From: Anaeramoeba ignava BMAN
Taxonomy: Eukaryota > Protista > Anaeramoebae
Length of the DNA: 64,000 nt
Reading direction: 5' to 3'
NCBI GenBank assembly: GCA_028826165.1
Contig: JAPDFW010000107.1
Coordinates: 1-64,000, forward strand
Shown: positions 12,924-24,479 of the stretch, in pieces
Layout: each line of letters opens with the position of its first letter
Position numbering within the stretch: position 1 is the stretch's first letter
Position numbers and translations under genes: made by a program
Notes under the pieces: model-generated
Seen by the model: the letters and a program-made list of their open reading frames with translations, nothing else
The model's database searches: none
What the model was told of the DNA's origin: nothing

Positions 12924-13394
12924 TCAATCAAAAAAAGAATCAATTAAAAAAAGCAAAAAAAAATTTTTTATCAATCTTCATTATTCATTCTCAGTTAATT
13001 CAAATTGAGATTCAAATATTCTTGTTCGTTTCACTTTCAATTTGAATTTCCTTCATTTTTTTTTAAGGTTTCCTCTTCTTATTCTTTTTTTTGACAAGTT
13101 CAAGTATTTTAGGATTTTTTCCTTTTTCCTTTTTTTTTCTGTTTTCTTTTTCTTTTTCTTTCTTTTTCTTTCTTTTCTTAATTGAAAAATTGTTGATATT
13201 TTTAAAGATCAAAATCAAGATTTAAAGATCAAAAAAAAAAAAACAAAAACAAAAGCAAAACAAAAAGAAAGAAAAAAATGAAAAATAAAAAAAAAAATAA
13301 TTTCAAATGTTTTTGTTTTTGTTTTTGATTTAAAAGAAAAAAAAAATAAAGATCAAATCCATTTTTTTCTTTTAATCTTTTTTTAAAAAAAAAA

Positions 13395-16010
13395 ATGGAA
13401 CAAAAAATTTCTTTAAATTTTTTACAACAAGAACTTCAAACTCTTCTTCAAAATTTTCCACAAACTGAGAATGAAATGAATGAAGAATTAAAATTGAAAT
13501 GTCAAATGTTAATTAATTTTTCTTTAAGAAAAAAAAACATTTCAAAAAAACTTAAAAAAGAAATTGAAATTTTAGAAACAAAATTAAAAACAAAAGAGAA
13601 AGTTTTTGAAAAAGAAATTTATGAATTAAAAACTGAAAAAACTAAAATTAAAAAAGTAAAAAAACAAAAAAAAAAGGAATTCCTAAAAATAAAAAAATTT
13701 TTTTCTTCTTTTTTTTAAAAAATTTAAAAAAGGAACTTGATAATGAAATTGAAAATTCACTTCAACTTCAAGAAAAACTCCAAAAATCACAAAAAGAAAC
13801 TGAAAATCTTCAACAAAATTTTGATCATTTGAAAATGGAACTTGAAAAAACAAAAAATAATCTAAATTCAAATCAAGAACAAATGGAATCAATTACAAAA
13901 CAAAACAAAAAATATCATCAAGAAAAAATGAAAAACCAAAATGAGATTAATAAATTATCAAAGGAAAATGAGGATCTTATTCAAAATTTTAATAGTGAAA
14001 AATCTAAAACAGAAAATTTGGAGGAAAAAATAACCGAATTGAAAAAAATTGTGAATTCTAAACAAACAGAAATGGAAAAACAAACAAAACAAACAATTTC
14101 CTTTTCAAAAGAACTTTCTGACTTGAAATCACAATACGAATCTAATTCAGAAGAACTCAAAATTGAGCGCACAAAAGCAAATACTATGAGTCGAGATCTT
14201 GCGAATTTGGAACAAGAAATGAAAACAATTCGCACAGAAAATGAAAGACTAACAAAGGAATTGGATCATTATAGTCTTTTATCTTCTAAATTACAAAAAG
14301 AATTGGATCGAAATATTCAAACAAATACCCAAATTATTGCTGAAAATGGGAAGAAGGATTTGAATCTGAAAAATTGTAAAGAACAAATCAAAAATTTGGA
14401 AAATCAATTCCAAAAAGTTACAAATTTGAAAGATGGATTTGCAAGAAAAAATAAAGATCTAGAAAAAGAAAAAGAAGATCTTACTAAGCAAAACGAACTT
14501 CTCTCAAATCAGATCAAAGCTCTTGAACATGATTTGGATCAAGCAAGAAAATTAAAAGAAAATGACAAAAAAATACTGGATCTTCTGCAAAGAGAAAGAG
14601 ATTCAGTTAGCAAAGATTTAGTTAAAGCAGGACAAGAAAATGAGAAAGAAAAGCATTTTTCCAAATTATTAGAAACTGAAAAAAACGCACTTGAAACCGA
14701 AATTTCCAGTTTGAAAATTGAAATTTCAAAATTAAACAAAGAAATTTATCAAATCGAAATTGAGAAGAAAAAACTTCTTGGAGAAAAAGAAGGAATTCTT
14801 TTTAAAAACTCACAAAATATTGAGAAATTACAATTACAAGAAGTAAATATCCTTGATCTTCAAAGACAAATTCAAGAAGAAGAAAACAAACTCAAACAAA
14901 GACAATCACTTTATGAACATGTTCGGAGTGAAAGAAATATGTTCTCAAAAAGTTTATTGGAATCTCAAGATGAACTCAATTCCCTTTCTCGAAAAATTCA
15001 AGTTCTCACTTCTTCTTCTGAACATTTAAAAGATGAACTCAAAGAAAAAGACCAATTATTTATCAAACTTCATTTCCAAACAATCAAAATTGAAAAAGAA
15101 AGAGAATCTCTTCGAAATGAATTAAAAACTCTTACTTCTCATTTAAAAACTTCTGATCAAACCATTATTAATCAAAGATCAGAACTTAAAAAAATGGAGA
15201 CAATTTTATTTGAAGTTGGAAATGATCTCAAAAATCAAAAACAACTTGTGGATTCTTTGAATAATGAAAACAAGAAATTACAAACAAAATTATCTGAAAA
15301 TCGTTCACAAAACGAAGAATTAAAGAAACAACTTAAAACAGAAGAGATCACAGTTAAAAGAATTGAGATCAAGAATTATAATTTAAAAGAAGTAATAATT
15401 TTTTATTCTTTTTCAAAAAAATCCAAATTCCAATTTTTGCTTTCTTTTTTAAAAAAAAAAGGAAATTTCAAAACTTCATTTAGAAATTCAAGATCTTAAT
15501 AGAAAAATTGAAATTCAAAAAAGATTTGAAGAAAAAGTCAACTTTCTTGAAAAAGATTTAAGAAAAACAGAAAATCAACTTTCAAAATCAAATCAATTTA
15601 ATTCTGCTTTAATTTCTGAACTTGAAAATCCAAAAAATACTCATAAGTAAGAAATTAATTTTTCATTTTGAATTTAATTTTGAATTTAATTCTGAATTTA
15701 ATTTTATTTAAGTTGGAGAAATATTCAAGCAACTGATCCTAATAAATTTCATTTAATCCAAAAAATGCAAAAATTACAAGATAAACTTTTACAAAAACAA
15801 AAAGATCTGGAAAAAACTTCTTCTTTAAATGAAAACTTGAGAAAAGAAATTGATCAAATAAATTTCAAAAAATCTAAATTTTCTCAAGTTAAAATTATGA
15901 ATCAATTATCTTCTTTTAGATTCCAAATTTCTGAACAAGAAAAAATAATTAAATCACTTAAAGCTCAACTTGAAATTGAGAAAGAAGAGAAATTATCAAA
16001 AGAAAATTAA
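13395..16010 (+). CDS. CFAP58: CFAP58-like (cilia/flagella-associated) coiled-coil protein, 4 exons
   Basis: LYEHVRSERNMFSKSLLESQDE and spliced ELENPKNTHNWRNIQATDP resemble conserved CFAP58 motifs (YEAVRSDRNLYSKNL; ELENPMNVHRWRKLEGSDP). Introns ~13656-13732, ~15392-15461, ~15647-15712. Confidence 0.75.
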
Positions 16011-16079
16011 ATAAAAAAAATGAAAGAATAAAAAGGAAATTAAATTGATTTTTGTCTTTCTTAATTTTTAAAAAAAAAA

Positions 16080-17465
16080 TTAAGTTGTGTTTTCTGCAAT
16101 TAAAGAAACAATAAATCCAATAAAGAAAACACCTGCAATAATATATAAAAGAATTTCTTTTGAAATTTTAGGAGAAAAAAAAGAACCAAAAGTTGTTCCT
16201 GCCATTGAAAATATAAATGTAACAATAAAATAAGACCAAATTGAACCAAAATCAACTCCAATATATATTATAAAAAAAACTGCACAAATAAGACAAATCA
16301 CAAACATGAATAAATTACCAACCCAACTTGCATTTAATGTTTCAAATCCTAAAATTGACATAAAAATTAATGCGAAAAATAAACCTGGTCCAAATCCAAG
16401 AAATCCTCCAATAAAAGATCCGAATATAAACACAAAAAATACGAGAGTGAATTTTAATTTAAATTTTCTGTCTTTCCAATTAATTTCAATTTGATGAAAT
16501 TCATCTTTTGGATTATTTTTTAAATCATCTTTTTTTGAATCATTTTTTGAATCATTTTTTAAATCATTTTTTAAATCATCTTTTAAATCATCTTTTAAAT
16601 CATCTTTTAAATCATTTTTTGAATCATCTTTTAAATCATCTTTTAAATCATCTTTTAAATCTTCTTTTAAATCATCTTTTAAATCATTTTTTGAATCATC
16701 TTCTGATTCTTTTTTTGAATCATCTTCTGATTCTTTTTCAGTTTCTTCTAAAAAATCTTGAGTATTTACTGAATCATCTTTTAAATCATCTTTTAAATCA
16801 TCTTTTGAATCATCTTTTAAAACATCTTTTGAATCTTTTGAATCTTTTGAATCTTTTGAATCTTTTAAATCTTTTGAATCTTTTAAATCTTTTGAATCTT
16901 TTGAATCATTTTTTGAATAATTTTCACTTTCTTCTAAAAGATCTTGAGTATTTAATGAATCATATTGTATTGAACTATCTTGTTTTGTTAAATGCTGTTC
17001 AAGATCGACTTGATAAACGTTTTTTTCCGACTTTTTGTGCTTTTTCTTTTTTTTCATTCTTTCCCGAATAGCTTTAAAAATAAAAAGTAAGCAAAAAAAC
17101 AACAAAAGATATGATCCACTTTCACTCATATTTTTTTCAACTTTTGGCAAGTGTTTTTTAGTAAAGATTAAACCAATACAAGTACCAATTAAAACAGCAG
17201 GTATTAATAATAACAATAAAGAATTTGCTTTTTGTTGTTTTTTGTTTTTGATTAAAATGTATCTCAATAAAAATATTGCAAGTAAACTATTAAAAACATC
17301 AAGTGAAAGAGCTAAAAAAATTGAATCCCAAATATGAAGTTTCCAAATTGCTAGAGTTAATGGTACTATTAGTTTCCATTGTGTTAATGCTACTATTGCT
17401 GTCCCAATTCCGGTTAAAAAACTAATTGGTCCCATTAAAAATAAAAAACCAATAAAATTTGCCAT
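16080..17465 (-). CDS. TauE/SafE (TSUP)-like multi-pass membrane transporter with long acidic repeat loop
   Basis: Two hydrophobic halves; the second has GSFIGGFLGFGPG, typical of the TauE G-rich motif. A central DSK/DDLK repeat loop separates them. Likely start is MANFIGF at 17465. Confidence 0.65.
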   Translation of the reverse strand: MANFIGFLFLMGPISFLTGIGTAIVALTQWKLIVPLTLAIWKLHIWDSIFLALSLDVFNSLLAIFLLRYILIKNKKQQKANSLLLLLIPAVLIGTCIGLIFTKKHLPKVEKNMSESGSYLLLFFCLLFIFKAIRERMKKKKKHKKSEKNVYQVDLEQHLTKQDSSIQYDSLNTQDLLEESENYSKNDSKDSKDLKDSKDLKDSKDSKDSKDSKDVLKDDSKDDLKDDLKDDSVNTQDFLEETEKESEDDSKKESEDDSKNDLKDDLKEDLKDDLKDDLKDDSKNDLKDDLKDDLKDDLKNDLKNDSKNDSKKDDLKNNPKDEFHQIEINWKDRKFKLKFTLVFFVFIFGSFIGGFLGFGPGLFFALIFMSILGFETLNASWVGNLFMFVICLICAVFFIIYIGVDFGSIWSYFIVTFIFSMAGTTFGSFFSPKISKEILLYIIAGVFFIGFIVSLIAENTT

Positions 17466-17639
17466 TTTATAATTAAAATCGAAATCGAAATTAAATTTCA
17501 AATTCAAATTCAAATAAAAAAAAAAAGAAAAAATGATTTCTTGCTTTTTAAAATTAAAAAAAATTTTTTTTTTCCAAATTGATTTTCTAAAATAATTTTG
17601 ATCTTATTTTCTTCTTTTTTGAATTATTATTTAGTTTAA

Positions 17640-18782
17640 ATTTGATCAATATTTAATTTAAATTCGATAAACATTTAATGAAAATTTGATAAACATTTAA
17701 TGAAAATTTGATTTAAACATTTGATTTAAAGATTGCTGACTCATTGATTTGGATTTGATTTGGAATTGATTTAAAGATTTGATTTAAAGATTTGATTTAA
17801 AGATTGCTGACTCATTGATTTGGATTTGATTTAAAATTGATTTAAAATTGATTTAAAATTGATATAAAATTGATTTAAAATTGATTTAAAATTGATTTAA
17901 AATTGATTTAAAATTGATTTAAAATTGATTTAAAATTGATTTAAAATTGATTTAAAATTGATTTAAAATTGATTTAAAATTGATTTAAAATTAATTTAAA
18001 ATTGATTTAAAATTGATTTAAAATTAATTTAAAATTGATTTGGATTTGATTTAAAATTGATTTGGATTTGATTTAAAATTGATTTGGAATTAATTTAAAA
18101 TTGATATAAAATTGATTTAAAATTGATTTAAAATTGATTTAAAATTGATTTAAAATTGATTTAAAATTGATTTGGATTTGATTTAAAATTGATTTAAAAT
18201 TGATTTAAAATTGATTTAAAATTGATTTGGATTTGATTTGGAATTAATTTAAAATTGATATAAAATTGATTTAAAATTGATTTAAAATTGATTTGGAATT
18301 AATTTAAAATTGATATAAAATTGATTTAAAATTGATTTAAAATTGATTTAAAATTGATTTGGAATTGATATAAATTTGATTTAAAATTGATTTGAAATTG
18401 ATATAAAATTGATTTAAAATTGATATAAAATTAATTTAAAATTGATTTAAAATTGATTTGGATTTGATTTAAAATTGATATAAAATTGATTTAAAATTGA
18501 TTTAAAATTGATTTGGATTTGATTTAAAATTGATTTGGATTTGATTTGGATTTGATTTAAAATTGATTTGGAATTAATTTAAAATTGATATAAAATTGAT
18601 TTAAAATTGATATAAAATTGATTTAAAATTGATTTAAAATTAATTTAAAATTGATTTAAAATTGATTTGGATTTGATTTGGATTTGATTTGGATTTGATT
18701 TGGATTTGATTTGGATTTGATTTAAAATTGATTTAAAATTGATTTGGATTTGATTTGGATTTGATTTGGATTTGATTTGGAT
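17640..18782. repeat. 11-bp minisatellite (TTGATTTAAAA with TTTGATTTGGA variants)
   Basis: Clear 11-nt periodicity over ~1.1 kb. Confidence 0.95.
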
Positions 18783-18934
18783 TTTATTTAAAAGAAGATT
18801 TTTTTTTTAGTTATTCAAAATTAAAATAAAAATAAATTTTTCAATAAAGATGAAAAAATTTTTTATTTTTTTTAATTTTTTTTCCTTTCATTTTTTTCAT
18901 TTACATTTTTTAATTTAAAAAGAGTTAAAAAGAA

Positions 18935-19365
18935 ATGTTTAGCATTATAGTTCATTCTCCTAAAAAAAAATCAAAACATTTAACAGTAAATAATTAACTT
19001 ATTAATAAATATTTTAATGTTAAAAAATGCAAAAAAAAATTTTTTTAATTAAATATTTTTTTTTCTCTTTTTTTGTTTTTAAAATTAAATTTTTCAAAAA
19101 GGAAATTCAAGTTTTTGAACAAAAGAAATTAAATATTAAAAAATTAATTAAAAAAAAATGTAAAAAAATTAAAAAAAAACTTAAGAAATCAATGAAAAAG
19201 AAAATTAAAAAAAAAGTGAAAAAAATTTTAAATAAAAAATTAAAAAGAAAAAAAAAAGAAAAACGTTATAAAAAATTAAAAAAGAAATATAAAAAGAGAA
19301 TTAAAAAGAGAATTAAAAAGAGAATGAAAAAGAGATATAAAAAGAGAAATATAAAAAGAAATTGA
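18935..19365 (+). CDS. Possible small spliced lysine-rich protein (MFSIIVHSPKKKSKHLT|EIQVFEQKKLNIKK...)
   Basis: ATG in A-rich context after TCATTTT motifs. A phase-0 GT-AG intron 18986..19101 joins it in frame to ORF 19027..19365. The 3' part is low complexity. Confidence 0.3.
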
Positions 19366-19559
19366 AAAAGAAATTGAAAAAAAATAAAAAAAATCAAATT
19401 AAAATAAAAATTTCAAAAAGAAAACATAAATAAATTTAAATGAAAGAAAACTTTTCTTTTTCTTTTTATTTGCAAATGAAATTTTGTTCTTTTTCATTTC
19501 CATTTCATTTTTTTTTTGGAACTAAATAAAAAAAAAATTAATAAAAATAAATTTTTCCG

Positions 19560-20150
19560 ATTTCAATTTTCCAATTTAATTTTCCAATTTAATTCATTTT
19601 TCAATTTAATTCATTTTTTCGATTTAATTTTCATTTTTTCAATTAAATTCATTTTTCAATTTAATTCATTTTTCAATTTAATTCATTTTTCAATTTAATT
19701 CATTTTTCAATTTAATTCATTTTTCAATTAAATTTTCATTTTGTAAAGATTCATTTTCCAATATAATTTATTTTTCAATTAAATTTTCATTTTGTAAAGA
19801 TTCATTTTCCAATATAATTTATTTTTCAATTTAATTCATTTTTTCAATTTAATTTATTTTTCAATTTAATTCATTTTTTCAATTTAATTAATTTTTCAAT
19901 TTAATTAATTTTTCAATTTAATTCATTTTCCAATTTAATTAATTTTTCAATTTAATTCAATTTTCCAATTTAATTCATTTTTTCAATTTAATTTTCATTT
20001 TGTAAAGATTCATTTTTCAATTTAATTCATTTTTCAATTTAATTCATTTTTTCGATTTAATTTTCATTTTTTCAATTAAATTCATTTTTCAATTTAATTA
20101 ATTTTTCAATTTAATTAATTTTTCAATTTAATTAATTTTTCAATTTAATT
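19560..20150. repeat. Degenerate ~17-18-bp array (TTTTCAATTTAATTCA) containing copies of the RasGAP gene's final codons
   Basis: Tandem units; the motif aattttcattttgtaaagattcatttt recurs at ~19735, ~19785, ~19995 and ~20165. Confidence 0.8.
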
Positions 20151-23100
20151 CATTTTTCAATTAAATTTTCATTTTGTAAAGATTCATTTTGATTTCCATT
20201 ATTATTATTATTATTTTGATTTCCATTATTATTTTTATTTTGATTTCCATTATTATTTTTGTTTTGATTTCCAATATTTTCTTTCTCTGAAAAAATTAAT
20301 TGAGATAATTTTTGAGTATGAACTAAAGGAATTTTTTGGAAAAGTTTTTGATTTTTTTCATCAAATAATTCAGTTTTTCCTTGAATAAAAACAATATCTT
20401 TATATTTAATTTCATAATTAAGAAGGGAATGTGTTAAATTTTTTAATTTGAGATATAATGAACTTTCTGTTATTTCCAAAACTGATAAAATAAAATCAAT
20501 AAGTTCTTCTTCTTTTTTCCCAAAATCTGAACGATGATATTTAAAGAAAGTTGGAAGAGAAACCTAAAAAGAGATTATATTTGATTTAAATTTGATTTAA
20601 TATTGATTTAAATTTGATTTATATTTAATTTAAATTTGATTTATATTTAATTTATATTTGATTTAAATTTGATTTAAATTTAATTTATATTTAATTTATA
20701 TTTGATTTATATTTGATTTATATTTGATTTAAATTTATATTTGATTTAAATTCTGTATTTACAGATGGATCTTGTGTTGTATCTTTAATTTGACCATAAT
20801 TTTCAATCAAAAATTGAGCAGAACGGAATAATTCTTTTTCAGTTGAATCTCGATGAAAAACATAAAAAGCAGGACCAGTAACTTGCAAATTAGTTAAACC
20901 AAAAAGAATCAAAGGAAAAATTCAAAAATAGCAACTAATCGACGCGGATCAGTTTTTTTTTTAAAATAACGATTTGTTGAGAAATTTTTATGATTTCCAT
21001 GCAAAACACCTTGAAAAATATCATCCAAAGAATAAACACAATTCCCAATTTTATACTTATTTTCAGACATAAATCTTTTGAGTTGATAAGCTGATTGTGG
21101 TGGTCCTTGATTCTCAACACAAGAATGAACAAACAAAATATTATAAATATTAAGCCAAAAACCAAGTCTATTTATATTAGGTATTTTTTGAGGATCAATT
21201 AATTTTAATTCTCCAATTCCAACTTGAGTAAATTCCAAATATTTTGAATTTTTTTGAAGATCAATCCAATTCCAAAAAGGATAAACAAACAATCCTTTTC
21301 CAGAATTTGCATTTGATTTTTTGGAAACTACATTTGTGTTTGGCTTTGAATTTATAACAAGTTCTGTTTTTGTGCTCATTGTATTGTAAAAGAGCTCTCT
21401 TAAGGTTTCTGCTAATATTTCACTAACTGTTTCAGGATCTCGTGGTTCTGAACTAAAAACTGATTCGTTATTTAGTAATCCGATAAGTTCTTCATCTTTT
21501 GTTTCTTCGCTGCTTAATCTTCCTGGTTTTGCTTCTGTTATTTTCATTGCTTTCCTTTTTTGGATTACTTCATTACTGATTGTGTGAAATTTATGAAATG
21601 CTCGTTCTGGTGGAATTCCAAATTCATTTAAAACAATGGCGAATTGAGTGACTTTATCTGTTTCAGAAAGAAACGAAAACAAAGAAGATCCCTTTTTTTA
21701 TAAATTTTTTTTATATATTTTTAAATATTTGATTTGAGATATTTTTATATATTTAAATTACTTTCTCTCCAGTTTTATTTGGATCTTCAGTTTCTGGTGG
21801 TGATAATACAGTTTCAATTTTATATAAATTTTGATTCAAAAAATTAATCAAATTAACAATATCAGAAAATAAAATTGTTTCAGGATCTTTTTCTAATGTT
21901 GGTTTATACTCTTTCTGTAATGGTAAACTAACTTGTTTTTGAAACTAAATAAGAAATCATTTAAAAATAATAAAAATAAAAGATATAATTTTGATAATAA
22001 ATTCTGTAATAAATACTTCTTCAATTAAAGGTAGTTTTAGATCATGAAATTCTTGAAGTGGTAATAAAAGAAAATCTTTAACAGAAAAACCTGTTCTGTT
22101 TGCAATAATTTGAATAATTTTTGCAATCCAAATCAAATTTTTTCGAGATATTTGATTTGGTGGATCATTGATTACTTCATAAGCTTGTGGATTAATAATT
22201 GCTGGGGATAAAAGTCTAAGGAAAATAAAACCAGCAACTGAAATCATTTCATTTTCTGGAAACTTTTTTCTTACACTTTGTCTTAAAAAGCTTGCAATAT
22301 CAATAATTTCTCTGCAAAATTATTATTTATTTTTTTAAAAATTTTTGATTTTGAATTTTGGTTTTGAATTTTGATTTTGATTTAAATTTACAATGGCATA
22401 TTCTTTTTTGATGAAACTATTGAAGAAATAAATCTACTTATATAAGTTTTAATTAATCTAAAATTTTCATCAATTGAATCATTTGGTTTTATTAATACTG
22501 GATCAAGCTATAATTTATTTTCCGAAATGAAATTAAAAATTAAAAATGAGAAATTTTATTTTGAATTGAAAAGAAAAATTTACTTCAAAAATTTTATCAA
22601 TTTTCAAAACTTCTTGGATTGGAATTTTTAATGTTTTGGAAAGATAATCTTTACAAATAATCATACAAAGAGTAGACATTGCTTTTGTTGATATACTATT
22701 TGTTCTAAATAATTGATGTGGCGAAGCTAAAATAAATAATAAATATTAAAATATTTAAAATAAATATTTAAAATAAATTTAAAATACAAGTATTTGCAAT
22801 TTCTCTTTCTATTGCATTTTTAATAAATGAAACTGCTTTTCCAAATGGATAAAGAATTGTTATTAATGTTTCTGTAAGTTTATCTATATCTCCTGATTGA
22901 ATAACATCTGTCAAAGCATTTAAAATTTCAAAATTATTCCCACAAATCAACTAAAAATTGATCAAAAATTGGAAAGTTGAATTAAAAGTTAAAAATTGAT
23001 CAAAAATTGGAATAAAAATTAAAATTTAAAAATTGATCAAAAATTCGAAAGTTGAATTTTGAATTAGAAATAAAAAAAAGAAATAATGATGATGATAATA

Positions 23101-23833
23101 ATAATAATAATAATTTACATCAATAAGTTCAGGTAAAGATTTCCTCCATTGAATCTCTCTTTGAGTATCATATAAACGAACCTTTTTTTTTTTTTTAAAT
23201 AGAAAAGAAAATTAATTTTAATTTAAAATAATTTGAATAAAAAATAATCAAATCACTTTTGAATAAGTATAATGCAATTTAACATAAATTCTGCCAATTG
23301 GAGTGTCTTTGTTTTTCTTTTTTAAAGGTAAAAAATCAAAGGACTTTTCAACTGGTTCTTCATTAGTAAGAGAATTAAGAGGAATATTAACTTTTCCAAG
23401 TCGAATTTCTTTTTTCGAATTTAAACGATTCCACAATTTCAAAATAATTACTGAATTATTATTTTTCACAAAAAATAAAAAACTTTCATTCCATTTTGGT
23501 TCTAAAGTTTGTTTTGGAGTTGTTTTTAATTTATGTCTTTGAAATTTAACTGTCACAAAAACATTTGGATAAACTAAAGTTGGTTCTTGAACATGAACTC
23601 GAATTACTAGTTTGAAATTAAAATTTTTAAAAGGAAATGGGAAATGTGAAAGTTTTTTTTTTTTTTTTTAATAAAGATGAAAAAAAAATTATTTTTATTT
23701 TATTTTATTATTTGAATTTATTTTTTGTGAATGACGATTGTTTTTTTTTTATTTATATTATTTATATATTTTTATTCGTGTTTTCTTTTTAATTTAATTT
23801 ACTTTGAATATATAATTGAGGTACTTCATTCAT
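20150..23833 (-). CDS. C2 domain - RasGAP - DUF547 protein, ~10 exons
   Basis: Exon 1 MNEVPQLYIQ splices to the C2 domain (TLEPKWNESFLF). RasGAP arginine finger LFRTNS and FIFLRLLSPAIINP are present. DUF547 signature RLGFWLNIYNILFVH...YKIGNCVYSLDDIFQGVL follows. One apparent 1-nt deletion near 20915. Confidence 0.85.
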
Positions 23834-24479
23834 ATTTTTTAATTTCGTAAATTAAAAATTTAAAAAAAAAAATAAAAAAATGAAAATAAAAAAATGTTTG
23901 ATAAAATTTGTTTTTATACTGATGATCAAATAATAATAAAATTTTCTTTTTGTTTTTTGTTTTTGGTTTTTTTTTTTTGTTTACTTGTTTTTTGATAATG
24001 TCAATTTTGCTTTTTTAATTTAATTTAAATTAAAATAATTTTAAATAATTTAAATTAAATCAAATTAAAAGTAAATTTAAGTTAAAAAATAATTCCAAAT
24101 TTAAAAAAAAATTTTTTTTTTTTTCTTGATTGATCTAAAAAAAAAAAATAAAAAAAAAGCGAAAATTTTTTTTTAAATTTGTTTTAAAAATAAAAAGAAA
24201 TAAATGTCATTTTAATAACAAAAAAATATTTAAAAAAGAAAGTTAAAAAGAAAAAAAAACAAATGACGTATTTAAATGAATAAATTTTTTTGACTTATTT
24301 TCTTTTTAAAAAATTTAATTTAATTTAATTTAATTTGATCTAAAAAAAGAAAGAAAGAAAGAAAGAGGAAAAAAAACTAAAAGGAGAAAAACAAAAATTA
24401 AAATTATCCATTTTTTTTTTTAAATTCCATTTTTTCATTTTTCATTTTTTTCATTTTAAAAAAAAAATAAAAAAAGAAA

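Noticed and set aside
17640-18782. CRISPR array or telomeric repeat
   Set aside because: No unique spacers or cas genes; the 11-bp unit is degenerate, internal and lacks a telomere-like G-run consensus.
23608-23830. Non-canonical (non-AG) acceptor for the RasGAP first intron
   Set aside because: A canonical solution exists: donor GT at 23802-23801 and acceptor ...AAACTAG give in-frame MNEVPQLYIQIIRVHVQE.
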